Shown here one piece after another: positions 18,126 through 27,145 of a stretch of 34,245 bases of DNA. The stretch's first letter is position 1; the number at the start of each line of letters is the position of its first letter. The notes below the pieces were generated by a model. It made no database searches. It was not told where the DNA came from and worked only from the letters and a program-made list of their open reading frames with translations. Both the position numbers and the translations under genes were made by a program. Where the stretch lies: NCBI GenBank assembly GCA_040080595.1, contig JBEBIC010000003.1, forward strand, positions 1 to 34,245. Reading direction: 5' to 3'. This DNA comes from Bacteroidia bacterium (GTDB taxonomy: Bacteria; Bacteroidota; Bacteroidia; UBA4408).

Positions 18126-20465
18126 ATGAAAATAAATTTAGTAGTAGCAACATTATTATTTTTAACAGTAAACGCACAAGCACAATTCCCTTACTTAAAA
18201 TGGGGTAAATTTACAGGAGTTCGCACTGCATCAGCCTATGCTGATAAACCATTGGCACGAGCCGACAAAGCTGGAAATGTATATACTGTAGGAGTTTTTA
18301 CAGGTACGGTAGATATGAATTCGGATACTGGTGCAACAGCAGTACAAAATTTTACCTCTGCTGGTGGTAATGATATTTATATAGTAAAGCGCGATTCTAC
18401 AGGTAAATTTATATGGGCAAAACAAATAGGTAATAATGAAACAGAAGTTTTAAATACCTTGAGTATAGACGATTCATCAAACATTACTTTTGGAGGTGCA
18501 ATTAAAAACTCGGTTGATTTTGACCCAAGTGCTAACCTTATGTATGTAAATACACCACTGGGTATTTACAATGCTTTTTTGTGTAAGCTAGATGCCAACG
18601 GTAATTTGGTGTGGGCTAAAAACATAGCCAACGGTACGGCTAATAGTTATGTGGATAGAATAACGCAAAGCGCACAAGGTGATTATTTTGTAGCTGGGCG
18701 TTTTGGAATTACTACTACAGTAGGTGGCACAAATGATTTTAATCCAAGTGCAAATACAACAACATTAACAGCATCTTACCTTAATGGCGAAACTTTTATA
18801 GCGCAGTACACTTCGCAAGGTAATTTAGTATGGGTAAAAGCGACACAAGGCGCTACATCTACAAGCAACAAAAGTGCTACAGGTATAACACTGGATAATG
18901 CAGGCAACATAATTGTAATAGGTAATTTTAGCGGTACTGTAGATTTTAATATGGATACCGCAGCGGTTGATACTGCTAAATTTACGGCTACTGGTACTGA
19001 TGCTTTTGTGTGCAAATATAACACTACAGGAACGTACACATGGGCTCATCAATACACAGGTGCTAGTACCGACGATATAAGAGCTATAGCAATAGATGCA
19101 GCTAACAATATATATACTACAGGTACATTTACAAGTACTACTATTAATTTTAATCCACAAGGCACAGCAGCTACACTAACTCGTAATGGGACGAAAAATG
19201 GTTACGTTACTAAATTAGATACAGCAGGAACATTAGTTTGGTATAAAGGTTTTGGAGGTTCAGGCTCTACTATAGATGCGAGCGCCATTGCTATTGATAA
19301 AAATAATAATTTGTGGTGGGGAGGCTGGTTTTTTAACAATTTAGATTTTAATCCAGGTGTACCATTAGTTAATGAAAATGGAACATTAGATCTTTTTGTA
19401 GCACGATATGATACAGCTTGTAATTACGTTTGGCACCGTAAACTAACAGGGGGAAATAACCGTACACTTACTGAAATAACTATAACACCTAGCAACGGCA
19501 TATTGTTTACAGGTACTATTGATAACCCAGGTAGTTTAGATATTGACCCCTCAAGTGCAACGTTGAGTTTAGCTACAGGAGGTCTTTCGGGGCATGTAAC
19601 GGTGTTATACAAAGAGTGTGCTAAAGTAACCGCTAACATTACAAGCCAAGCTAACAACTTATGTAATGGAGATAATAAAGGTGAAGCTACACTACAAACA
19701 ACTGGTGGAGTAACTAACTACGCTTGGACTCCTAACGTAAGTAATAATAACTTAATAGATAGCCTTGTGGCAGGGACATATACTTGTATATTAACTAATG
19801 CTTGTGGAGCAACTGCTACTAAAGTAGTAACTATTACACAACCTGCAAAAATTACTAAAACACAAACTATTAATATATGTGCTGGCGACTCGTTAATTAT
19901 TGGTACACATGCTTATACTAATGCAGGCACTTACAAAGACACGCTAACATCATACATTGGCTGCGACAGTATAGTTACAACTACTGTTACTAAAACTACA
20001 TTAAACCTTACTGTTACAATAAACGGAACAAACAATACATTAACGGCAACCCAAGCTACCGCTACTTACCAATGGCTAAAGTGCGATAGTGCTTATGCCC
20101 CAATAGCTGGCGCTACGGGCAAGTCATACATAGTTAATGCTAGTGGTAATTATGCTGTAATAGTTACTAAAAGTAGTTGTAGCGACACTTCAGCCTGTGT
20201 TAATTTTAGTTTAGTAGGGACTAAAAACATCAACGGAAATAATTTGGTTTCAGTATATCCTAATCCAGCAGATGATAAACTTAACATTGTTGCAAACCAA
20301 AAACAATTTGATGTTGAGGTTAGAAACGCATTAGGTCAAGTAGTAATAAAAAAAGTTACAACTAACACCAAACAGCTTGATATTACAGAACTTGTAAGCG
20401 GAGTGTATATACTACAACTTACTGCTAATGGAGCAGTTTATACTGTTAAGTTTATTAAAGAATAA
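18126..20465 (+). CDS. SBBP-type beta-propeller protein with SprB-like repeat and T9SS type A CTD
   Basis: Repeats of D..GN.Y..G.F.GT.DF.P...D.F..K.D..G...W; SprB-like CNGD..G....GG..Y.W...L.AGTY; YPNP...KFIKE. Confidence 0.88.
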   Translation: MKINLVVATLLFLTVNAQAQFPYLKWGKFTGVRTASAYADKPLARADKAGNVYTVGVFTGTVDMNSDTGATAVQNFTSAGGNDIYIVKRDSTGKFIWAKQIGNNETEVLNTLSIDDSSNITFGGAIKNSVDFDPSANLMYVNTPLGIYNAFLCKLDANGNLVWAKNIANGTANSYVDRITQSAQGDYFVAGRFGITTTVGGTNDFNPSANTTTLTASYLNGETFIAQYTSQGNLVWVKATQGATSTSNKSATGITLDNAGNIIVIGNFSGTVDFNMDTAAVDTAKFTATGTDAFVCKYNTTGTYTWAHQYTGASTDDIRAIAIDAANNIYTTGTFTSTTINFNPQGTAATLTRNGTKNGYVTKLDTAGTLVWYKGFGGSGSTIDASAIAIDKNNNLWWGGWFFNNLDFNPGVPLVNENGTLDLFVARYDTACNYVWHRKLTGGNNRTLTEITITPSNGILFTGTIDNPGSLDIDPSSATLSLATGGLSGHVTVLYKECAKVTANITSQANNLCNGDNKGEATLQTTGGVTNYAWTPNVSNNNLIDSLVAGTYTCILTNACGATATKVVTITQPAKITKTQTINICAGDSLIIGTHAYTNAGTYKDTLTSYIGCDSIVTTTVTKTTLNLTVTINGTNNTLTATQATATYQWLKCDSAYAPIAGATGKSYIVNASGNYAVIVTKSSCSDTSACVNFSLVGTKNINGNNLVSVYPNPADDKLNIVANQKQFDVEVRNALGQVVIKKVTTNTKQLDITELVSGVYILQLTANGAVYTVKFIKE

Positions 20466-20490
20466 TGTAGTAAACTAAAAAATAGAAACC

Positions 20491-20595
20491 ATGAACCAAG
20501 ATTTTAAAATAACAGTACCCATTCCTTGCGATGCAAACTGGAACACGATCACTCCTGCTGAGCAAGGGCGTTTTTGTGGTTTGAGAATAAGGTAA
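20491..20595 (+). pseudogene. Truncated 5' copy of the 23984..24433 gene
   Basis: MNQDFKITVPIPCDANWNTITPAEQGRFCGLRIR*; 20494-20583 matches 23990-24079 at 85/90 nt. Confidence 0.85.
20494..20583 (+). repeat. 90-bp direct repeat, copy 1 (copy 2 at 23990-24079)
   Basis: Five mismatches in 90 nt, all at third codon positions. Confidence 0.95.
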
Positions 20596-20606
20596 TTAAG
20601 GAGTAA
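20586..20606 (+). pseudogene. Orphan 3' end of a T9SS cargo gene (NKVIKE*)
   Basis: aat aag gta att aag gag taa; 20587-20606 matches the end of the DUF285 gene (23943-23962) at 18/20 nt. Confidence 0.65.
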
Positions 20607-20650
20607 AGATTTTATTAAACACTAACTATGAAAACTTAGTAACAAACATT

Positions 20651-23600
20651 ATGAAAAAAATAGTATTAACAACAGTCTTTACTGTTAGTGCATTATTAGC
20701 GAAAGCACAAACCGATTTTATTACAAAATGGTATTTTCCAAATGGAGGTACTAATATTAGTTTTTATTGCCAAACGTTAGGTAATATAAATTATACTTGG
20801 ACATGCTCACCTTCTGGAAATACTGGGAGTGGAGTTAATAACGGATTTTCAACATCTGTAATTTTACCAATTAATATTTTAGTTGGTGATACAGTAACGT
20901 TAAGTATTGATGCTACGGATTTTAAATATATTCAAATAAAGAACGATAGCAACTTAATAGACATTGCACACTGGGGAAATACACATTGGATAAGTATGGA
21001 AGGGTCGTTTTATAACAATATCAACTTGCAAATTTCGGCAACAGATGTTCCTGATTTAACAGGTGCTACAAGTTTAAAATCAATGTTTAACTCTTGTACT
21101 TCTTTAAACAGCCCTGCAAACATTAATTCATGGGACGTAAGTAACATTACAAATACAACTTGGATGTTTTGGGGAGCAACTAATTTTAATCAACCTCTAA
21201 ATAATTGGAACACTGCTAATTTTAAAAATATGAGCGGTATGTTTGGATACGCATCAACATTCAATCAACCCTTAAATAACTGGAACACAAGTAATGTTAC
21301 AAACATGGATGGTATGTTTAAAGAGGCTACTAATTTTAATCAACCCTTAAATAGTTGGAATATAAATAAGGTTACTGATATTAGTAGTATGTTTAAATAC
21401 GCATCAACATTTAATCAACCGTTGAACAATTGGAACACTAGTAATATTACAAGAATGGACGAAATGTTTAATGGGGCTATTAATTTTAATCAACCTTTAA
21501 CTAATTGGAACACCAACAATGTAATGTTTATGAACAGTATGTTCCAAAATGCAAAAGCATTTAATCAAAATATAGGAGACTGGGAACTGGCAGTTAATGC
21601 GCAAAACATGCTTGATAGTTCAGGTATGGATTGTAGCAATTTATCTCTCAGTATGGATGGTTGGGTTAATGCATGGGTAAACAAACCGTATAACCCTAAC
21701 GTTGTTTTAGGTGCTGCAAATTTAAAATATGGTACGCTTGCACAAAATAATTATAATACATTGTTTTTAAACGGTTGGATAATTAATGGAGTAACAGCAA
21801 GTGGAACATCGTGTTATTATTTACCAGAAAGGTGTTTTGCCACAAAGTGGTATTTTGCTGATACTGCCACAAGTATTAAGTTTGATTGTGAAACATGGAA
21901 TTTTAACACCAAATATACATGGACTGCTTCACCATCAGGCAATACGGGTAGCGGCACAATTCCATTAAGTTCAGTCAATTTAGTAAATGTTACAATTCCA
22001 ATAAATATTGCAAAGGGCGACACAGTAACACTGGGTATAGAGCCAGCTGATTTAAAAAGAATTAAAATTAATAATAAATCAACTTTAATTGACGTTGCTC
22101 AATGGGGAAATGCTAATTGGACAAGTATGGATAATGCGTTTTATAACGATAGTAACCTACAAGTATCAGCAATCGATTTACCTAATTTGGCGGCTGCTAT
22201 TAGCTTAGAGGGTATGTTTCGTAATTGCACAACTTTAAACGGACCATCAAACATCAACTCATGGGATATAAGTAACATTACAAACACTAATTTGATGTTT
22301 TCAGGTGCATCAAATTTTAATAAACCCTTAAATAATTGGAACACAGGTAAAATTAAAAGCACACTTTGGATGTTTTATTTTGCCTCTAAATTTAATCAAC
22401 CGCTAAATAATTGGAACACAAGTAATGATACAATGATGGCAGGTATGTTTATGGGCGCATCAAGTTTTAATCAACCGCTAAATAATTGGAATACAAGTAA
22501 TGTTAAGTTTATGGATTGGATGTTTGAGAATGCGACTTCATTTAATCAACCCTTAGATAGTTGGGATATAAGTAAGGTTACAAGTACAATACAAATGTTT
22601 ATGGGTGCATCAAGTTTTAATCAACCGCTAAATAATTGGAATACAAGTAATGTTAAGTTTATGAATTGGATGTTTAATAAAGCCATTTTTTTTAATCAAA
22701 CCTTGGATAATTGGAATACAAGTAATGTTAAAAATATGTCTTTTATGTTCACTGGTGCAATTAATTTTAATCAATCTCTAAATGATTGGAATACGAGTAA
22801 TGTAATTGATATGAGGGAAATGTTTAGAGAGGCTACTAATTTTAACGAGCCCTTAAATAATTGGAATATGAGTAATGTTAAAAATATGTCCTGTATGTTT
22901 TTGGGAGCCTCAAATTTCAATCAACCATTACACAATTGGAATACGAGTAGTACAACTGCAATGGATTGGATGTTTTATGGAGCAACTAAATTTAATCAAT
23001 CGTTAAATAATTGGAATACGGTTAATGTTACAAATATGGCTAGAATGTTTGATGGAGCAACTAATTTTAACCAGTCCTTAAATAATTGGAATACTACTAA
23101 TGTAAAGTATATGACTTATATGTTTTACAATGCAAGAGCATTTAACCAGCGATTGGATAGTTTAGTATTTGCAAAAAATGCTAATGCAAAACACATGTTA
23201 GATAGTTGTGGCATGGATTGCTCAAATTATTCGCTTACATTGAATGGTTGGGCTAATAATCCTATAAATTCAGACAGTATAAATTTAGGTGCTGCAAATT
23301 TAAAATATGGCACAAATGCACAAAATGCTCACACTACATTAATAAACACCAAACACTGGAAAATTGTTGGAGATACCACTAGTGGCGCATCTTGTAACCC
23401 AATACTACCATCATGCAACACTACGTTTACCATAACAAAAGATACTATAGCTGCAAATACTTGGAATATGTATATACAAAATACCACACCCAATATGCAA
23501 TTGCAACTATCGTTTGGCGACAGCACAACTACAGCATTACTACCAGTTGATAGCCTAAATAACACTACGCATACCTATGCTGATAGTGGCATGTATAGCG

Positions 23601-23962
23601 TGTGCATAACCGCTATAGATAGTGTTGCAAATTGTACAAACACCTACTGCGACTCATTGGCGGCGTATCGCCTAAATGGTGTAATGAAGTATTTGAAAAT
23701 TAGCACCAAATTAAATGCTAATTCCATAATAACTAAACTTACTACTAACACCATAAAACTTTACCCCAATCCTACTACAAACACCCTAACCCTAACCGCT
23801 GCACAAGCGTTAGGAACTATAGCCTTGCACAATACCCTAGGGCAAGTATTGTACACTACAAATAGCACCAACGCCACACACACTATAAACACTAGTGAAT
23901 TGAGCAGTGGTATGTATTATGTAACTGTAGGTAACACTACGCATAAGGTAATAAAGGAGTAG
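20651..23962 (+). CDS. BspA-like / DUF285 25-aa repeat surface protein with two repeat modules, a PKD-like domain and T9SS type A CTD
   Basis: Repeats of MF..A..FNQPLNNWNTSNV..M (6 FNQ-type repeats in module 1, 12 in module 2); duplicated N-cap F.TKWYF...YTWT.SPSGNTGSG; FGD...HTYADSG.Y; YPNP...KVIKE. Confidence 0.92.
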   Translation: MKKIVLTTVFTVSALLAKAQTDFITKWYFPNGGTNISFYCQTLGNINYTWTCSPSGNTGSGVNNGFSTSVILPINILVGDTVTLSIDATDFKYIQIKNDSNLIDIAHWGNTHWISMEGSFYNNINLQISATDVPDLTGATSLKSMFNSCTSLNSPANINSWDVSNITNTTWMFWGATNFNQPLNNWNTANFKNMSGMFGYASTFNQPLNNWNTSNVTNMDGMFKEATNFNQPLNSWNINKVTDISSMFKYASTFNQPLNNWNTSNITRMDEMFNGAINFNQPLTNWNTNNVMFMNSMFQNAKAFNQNIGDWELAVNAQNMLDSSGMDCSNLSLSMDGWVNAWVNKPYNPNVVLGAANLKYGTLAQNNYNTLFLNGWIINGVTASGTSCYYLPERCFATKWYFADTATSIKFDCETWNFNTKYTWTASPSGNTGSGTIPLSSVNLVNVTIPINIAKGDTVTLGIEPADLKRIKINNKSTLIDVAQWGNANWTSMDNAFYNDSNLQVSAIDLPNLAAAISLEGMFRNCTTLNGPSNINSWDISNITNTNLMFSGASNFNKPLNNWNTGKIKSTLWMFYFASKFNQPLNNWNTSNDTMMAGMFMGASSFNQPLNNWNTSNVKFMDWMFENATSFNQPLDSWDISKVTSTIQMFMGASSFNQPLNNWNTSNVKFMNWMFNKAIFFNQTLDNWNTSNVKNMSFMFTGAINFNQSLNDWNTSNVIDMREMFREATNFNEPLNNWNMSNVKNMSCMFLGASNFNQPLHNWNTSSTTAMDWMFYGATKFNQSLNNWNTVNVTNMARMFDGATNFNQSLNNWNTTNVKYMTYMFYNARAFNQRLDSLVFAKNANAKHMLDSCGMDCSNYSLTLNGWANNPINSDSINLGAANLKYGTNAQNAHTTLINTKHWKIVGDTTSGASCNPILPSCNTTFTITKDTIAANTWNMYIQNTTPNMQLQLSFGDSTTTALLPVDSLNNTTHTYADSGMYSVCITAIDSVANCTNTYCDSLAAYRLNGVMKYLKISTKLNANSIITKLTTNTIKLYPNPTTNTLTLTAAQALGTIALHNTLGQVLYTTNSTNATHTINTSELSSGMYYVTVGNTTHKVIKE
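22445..22675 (+). repeat. Near-identical intragenic repeat (22445-22525 vs 22595-22675, 150-bp period)
   Basis: 79/81 nt identical. Confidence 0.9.
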
Positions 23963-23983
23963 AAACTAAACGCTTATGTACTT

Positions 23984-24433
23984 ATGAATAACCACGATTT
24001 TAAAATAACAGTTCCTATTCCTTGCGATGCAAACTGGAACACCATGACTCCTGCTGAGCAAGGGCGTTTTTGTGGTTTGTGCCAAAAAACAGTAGTTGAT
24101 TTTTCGGCAATGAGTACATCTCAAATTAAACAGTATTTTGTACAACACGCTAGCGAAAAAACCTGTGGTCGTTTTTGTAAAACGCAACTAAGTACATCAT
24201 ACAATAAGTTTCAAAATAAGCTATTAAACATTTATGACACAGTATATAATTGGCATAAATATACTTTACTACGTACAGCAGCATTAGCAGTACTTAGTGT
24301 TATCCTCACACTTGCGGGGTGCAAGGAACTTCCAAAAAAGCAAATTACAGGTAAATTAAGGATAGAAAATGTAACTCAAACTATTGATACACTAGCTAAA
24401 GACACCAATATAATAATGGGAGAGCCCCAATGA
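23984..24433 (+). CDS. Hypothetical membrane protein with N-terminal Cys-rich domain (PC...W..M......RFC..C.K.VVDF...CGRF)
   Basis: Four-Cys motif recalled from the N-termini of many Bacteroidota proteins, then a hydrophobic helix ending LAGC and a short tail. Confidence 0.8.
   Translation: MNNHDFKITVPIPCDANWNTMTPAEQGRFCGLCQKTVVDFSAMSTSQIKQYFVQHASEKTCGRFCKTQLSTSYNKFQNKLLNIYDTVYNWHKYTLLRTAALAVLSVILTLAGCKELPKKQITGKLRIENVTQTIDTLAKDTNIIMGEPQ
23990..24079 (+). repeat. 90-bp direct repeat, copy 2
   Basis: 85/90 nt identical to 20494-20583. Confidence 0.95.
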
Positions 24434-24578
24434 TAGCACCTCGAGTAAGCAATACTACGTTAGGAACGCCTACAATAACACCAACAAAATAAATGAACAT
24501 ATTACAACAACTTAATACAGAAGTAAGTACAGCACTTACAACTTATTATTAAATTGATTAGCTCTACTCATTTTAAAA

Positions 24579-26261
24579 CTAACTTATTTTCTCCTCCACC
24601 AACTTAGTAAGTTCTTCTTCTTTGGCTTTAGCTAATGTTACGTAATTGCTGGCTTCGGCTATCATGGCGTTTACATAAGGTTTGTCGTTGTACGAACCTG
24701 CATTTACTTTAATATTAAAATAAGCACCTATTACTGCTGCACGAGCCGCTAATACTGCTACTCCAGCATCTGTTACCGAGTTAGGGTTACCTGTTTTAAT
24801 CATAGCTTCGGCTAATGCAAACGTAGCATACGATGCTTTTAATGTTTCCATTGGTACATCTATAGCATGTTTGGTTGCGGCTTGTATAGCATGCGTACGT
24901 TGGGTTTTTTCTTCTTCCGAATTTTTTGGTAAAGCAAAGGCATTCATTATTTGGTTAAATGAGTTGGTATCCTCATCTACCAAATTCAATAATTTATCTT
25001 TTAACGCTTGCCCAAGTGTGGCGTGGTAGCTAAACTCTTTCCAGCGCTCGTCCCAGCCCGCTTTGTGGCTAGATAAGTTAGCTACCATAGCCCCTAATGA
25101 TGCTGCTAATGCGCCCATATACGCTGCTATAGAACCTCCGCCTGGCGCAGGGCTTTCGCTTGCTGTTTCGTTGGCAAAGTCCACCAAATTCATTTTTACC
25201 AAAGGAGCGTGTTTACCTGCATTAAGCATATATTCTATAATACGTTCTTGTGCATTAAATGGCGCAAGGGCATCTAAACCCATACTTTTTACTGCTATGC
25301 GTATTAGTTCTTGTTCGCTTACACCTACGCTACGTTGTTGTTTTTCTAAAAAATATTTACCTGCATCGGTCAATGATTTTAAGGGAATAACTCCTACCAA
25401 CTCTGAGCCAGTAACACGTATGCCACGTGCTTGTGCTTTATCGCACACTTCGTCAAATGCTACGTGTACAGGCGTTACATTTACGTTAGTTAAGTTCATT
25501 GATATTTGGGCTACGCCATATTCCTCAATAAACCAACCTATGGCTTTAACTGATTTTAATGTACCCGCAACGCTCACGGGTTTACCGTTTTCGTCGGTTA
25601 CAATTTTACCTGTAATAGGATTGCCCTCACGTTTTACACGCCCCGCTTCACGTACATCAAAGGCTATGCTATTGGCTCTACGAACTGATGTTGTATTCAA
25701 ATTAATATTAAACGCTACCAAAAAATCGCGTGCGCCTATTACCGTACTCCCTGCGGTAACGTGGTGTTCCGTAGGACCAAAGTCGGGTTTCCATTCGGGC
25801 AAGGTTATTTTTTTAAAAAAGCCTTCGTACTCTCCAGCACGTATTACCGATAAATTATTACGTTCTTTTTTAGCTTGTGCGGCTTCGTATAAATACACTG
25901 CTATGTTAAGGTCGTCGCCTACACGCTTAGCTAATTGCGTAGCATAGCGTGCGGTTTCTTCCATCGTAATGTTGGCAATAGGTATAAGCGGACATACATC
26001 AGTAGCGCCCATACGTGGGTGTTCGCCTGTATGTGTACTCATATCTATTAACTCTTTAGCTTTGCTTATGCCTCTGTACGCTGCTTCAATTACTTGTGTT
26101 GGTTCGCCCACAAAGGTAACAACCGTGCGGTTAGTAGCCTTACCCGGATCCACATTAAGTAGTTTTATTCCATCTACACTTTCTATAGCATCGGTTATTT
26201 GTTTAATGATGGTTAGGTCGTTTCCTTCCGAAAAATTGGGTACGCATTCTATTAGTTGCAT
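24579..26261 (-). CDS. ftcD: Bifunctional glutamate formiminotransferase / formiminotetrahydrofolate cyclodeaminase
   Basis: ECVPNFSEG, NRTV.T, H.GEHPRMGA.DV.P, SELVG; cyclodeaminase part SPAPGGGS, GNPNSVTDAGV. Confidence 0.95.
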   Translation of the reverse strand: MQLIECVPNFSEGNDLTIIKQITDAIESVDGIKLLNVDPGKATNRTVVTFVGEPTQVIEAAYRGISKAKELIDMSTHTGEHPRMGATDVCPLIPIANITMEETARYATQLAKRVGDDLNIAVYLYEAAQAKKERNNLSVIRAGEYEGFFKKITLPEWKPDFGPTEHHVTAGSTVIGARDFLVAFNINLNTTSVRRANSIAFDVREAGRVKREGNPITGKIVTDENGKPVSVAGTLKSVKAIGWFIEEYGVAQISMNLTNVNVTPVHVAFDEVCDKAQARGIRVTGSELVGVIPLKSLTDAGKYFLEKQQRSVGVSEQELIRIAVKSMGLDALAPFNAQERIIEYMLNAGKHAPLVKMNLVDFANETASESPAPGGGSIAAYMGALAASLGAMVANLSSHKAGWDERWKEFSYHATLGQALKDKLLNLVDEDTNSFNQIMNAFALPKNSEEEKTQRTHAIQAATKHAIDVPMETLKASYATFALAEAMIKTGNPNSVTDAGVAVLAARAAVIGAYFNIKVNAGSYNDKPYVNAMIAEASNYVTLAKAKEEELTKLVEEKIS

Positions 26262-26288
26262 GGTATATTGTTTTTAGTTTTAATGGCA

Positions 26289-26296
26289 CAAAATTA
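26289..26296 (-). promoter_or_regulatory. -7 promoter element (TAATTTTG) for ftcD
   Basis: TAnnTTTG match 27 nt upstream of the ATG. Confidence 0.5.
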
Positions 26297-26387
26297 TAAA
26301 AATGAACTGCATAAATTAAGTAATTACAATTATTTATTGACTTCAGTCGTAATGCGTAATTTTAAATTCGTAATTAATATAAGTTAC

Positions 26388-27020
26388 TTACACCAAAATA
26401 TTTTCGGCTATGCACCATTGTTTTAGTTCGCTTATAATCATAGCGGTTGCGCCCCATATTACAGTTGTATCTATTATAAAACAAGGTGTTTCCTGTAATT
26501 CTGCATTTGATTTTTGTAGGGTATAAGTGCTTACATTTTCTTGTGCAAACAATTGTTTTAATGTAAAGCTATGCACTTTAACAACCTCGTCGTTATTGGG
26601 ATTTAAGACCAATGGTTCTTGCATTACAATAAGATAAGGCTCTACATAAAAATTACTTGGCGGTATGTACAAGGGGGTAAGCATTCCTATTGTTTCGTGC
26701 TTGTTTAGCGCGCCCATTTCTTCGTTAAATTCACGTAAGGCTGTGTGCAAATAACTCTCGTCGCTTGGTTCTACTTTGCCACCAGGAAAACTTATTTGAT
26801 TGCCGTGTACCCCATAATTAGTGCGTTGCATTAAATATACACACCATTCATTATCATCATTCAGATGCAAAGCCACACACACCGCCGATTGTTTTGCTGT
26901 GGCTTTATACTGTTCGGTGTCAGCATACAACTTACGTATAGGAGGGGCCATAAGGTATTGCGCATCTGCACCAGGCAATTTGTTTATATGTAGTTTTAAT
27001 TGTTGTATAACGGAGTTCAT
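26388..27020 (-). CDS. Nudix hydrolase, CoA pyrophosphatase family
   Basis: H.NQISFPGGK.E...TALREFNEEMG, IPPS.F.V.P, IWGATA. Start is likely ATG 27020, because the track start at 27104 lies within a terminator hairpin. Confidence 0.9.
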   Translation of the reverse strand: MNSVIQQLKLHINKLPGADAQYLMAPPIRKLYADTEQYKATAKQSAVCVALHLNDDNEWCVYLMQRTNYGVHGNQISFPGGKVEPSDESYLHTALREFNEEMGALNKHETIGMLTPLYIPPSNFYVEPYLIVMQEPLVLNPNNDEVVKVHSFTLKQLFAQENVSTYTLQKSNAELQETPCFIIDTTVIWGATAMIISELKQWCIAENILV

Positions 27021-27091
27021 TTGTTGTTGTTTTGTAAAGAGTAAATTATCTCGGACAAATAATAAGAGTAAACAAATATTAAATAATAAAC

Positions 27092-27128
27092 AAAATCGCC
27101 ACAACTCTAAGTTAGTTGTGGCGATTTT
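27092..27128 (-). terminator. Intrinsic terminator of the large adhesin gene
   Basis: 15-bp perfect inverted repeat aaaatcgccacaact / agttgtggcgatttt, 7-nt loop, 17 nt after the stop codon, T-rich tail on the minus strand. Confidence 0.8.
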
Positions 27129-27145
27129 TATATAGATTGTTGCGT

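Noticed and set aside
21130-23160. Regular 75-bp periodic repeats, superficially CRISPR-like or a DGR target
   Set aside because: They are in-frame, degenerate protein repeats (DUF285). No unique spacers, cas genes, reverse transcriptase or non-coding template repeat are visible.
20494-24079. Direct repeats read as att sites or a target-site duplication of a mobile element, or as a DGR TR/VR pair
   Set aside because: No integrase, transposase or RT lies between them, 90 nt is too long for a TSD, and the five mismatches are third-position changes that are not adenine-specific. Kept instead as a duplication/deletion scar.
25063-25947. 294-aa plus-strand ORF
   Set aside because: Antisense shadow of ftcD with no recognisable motifs.
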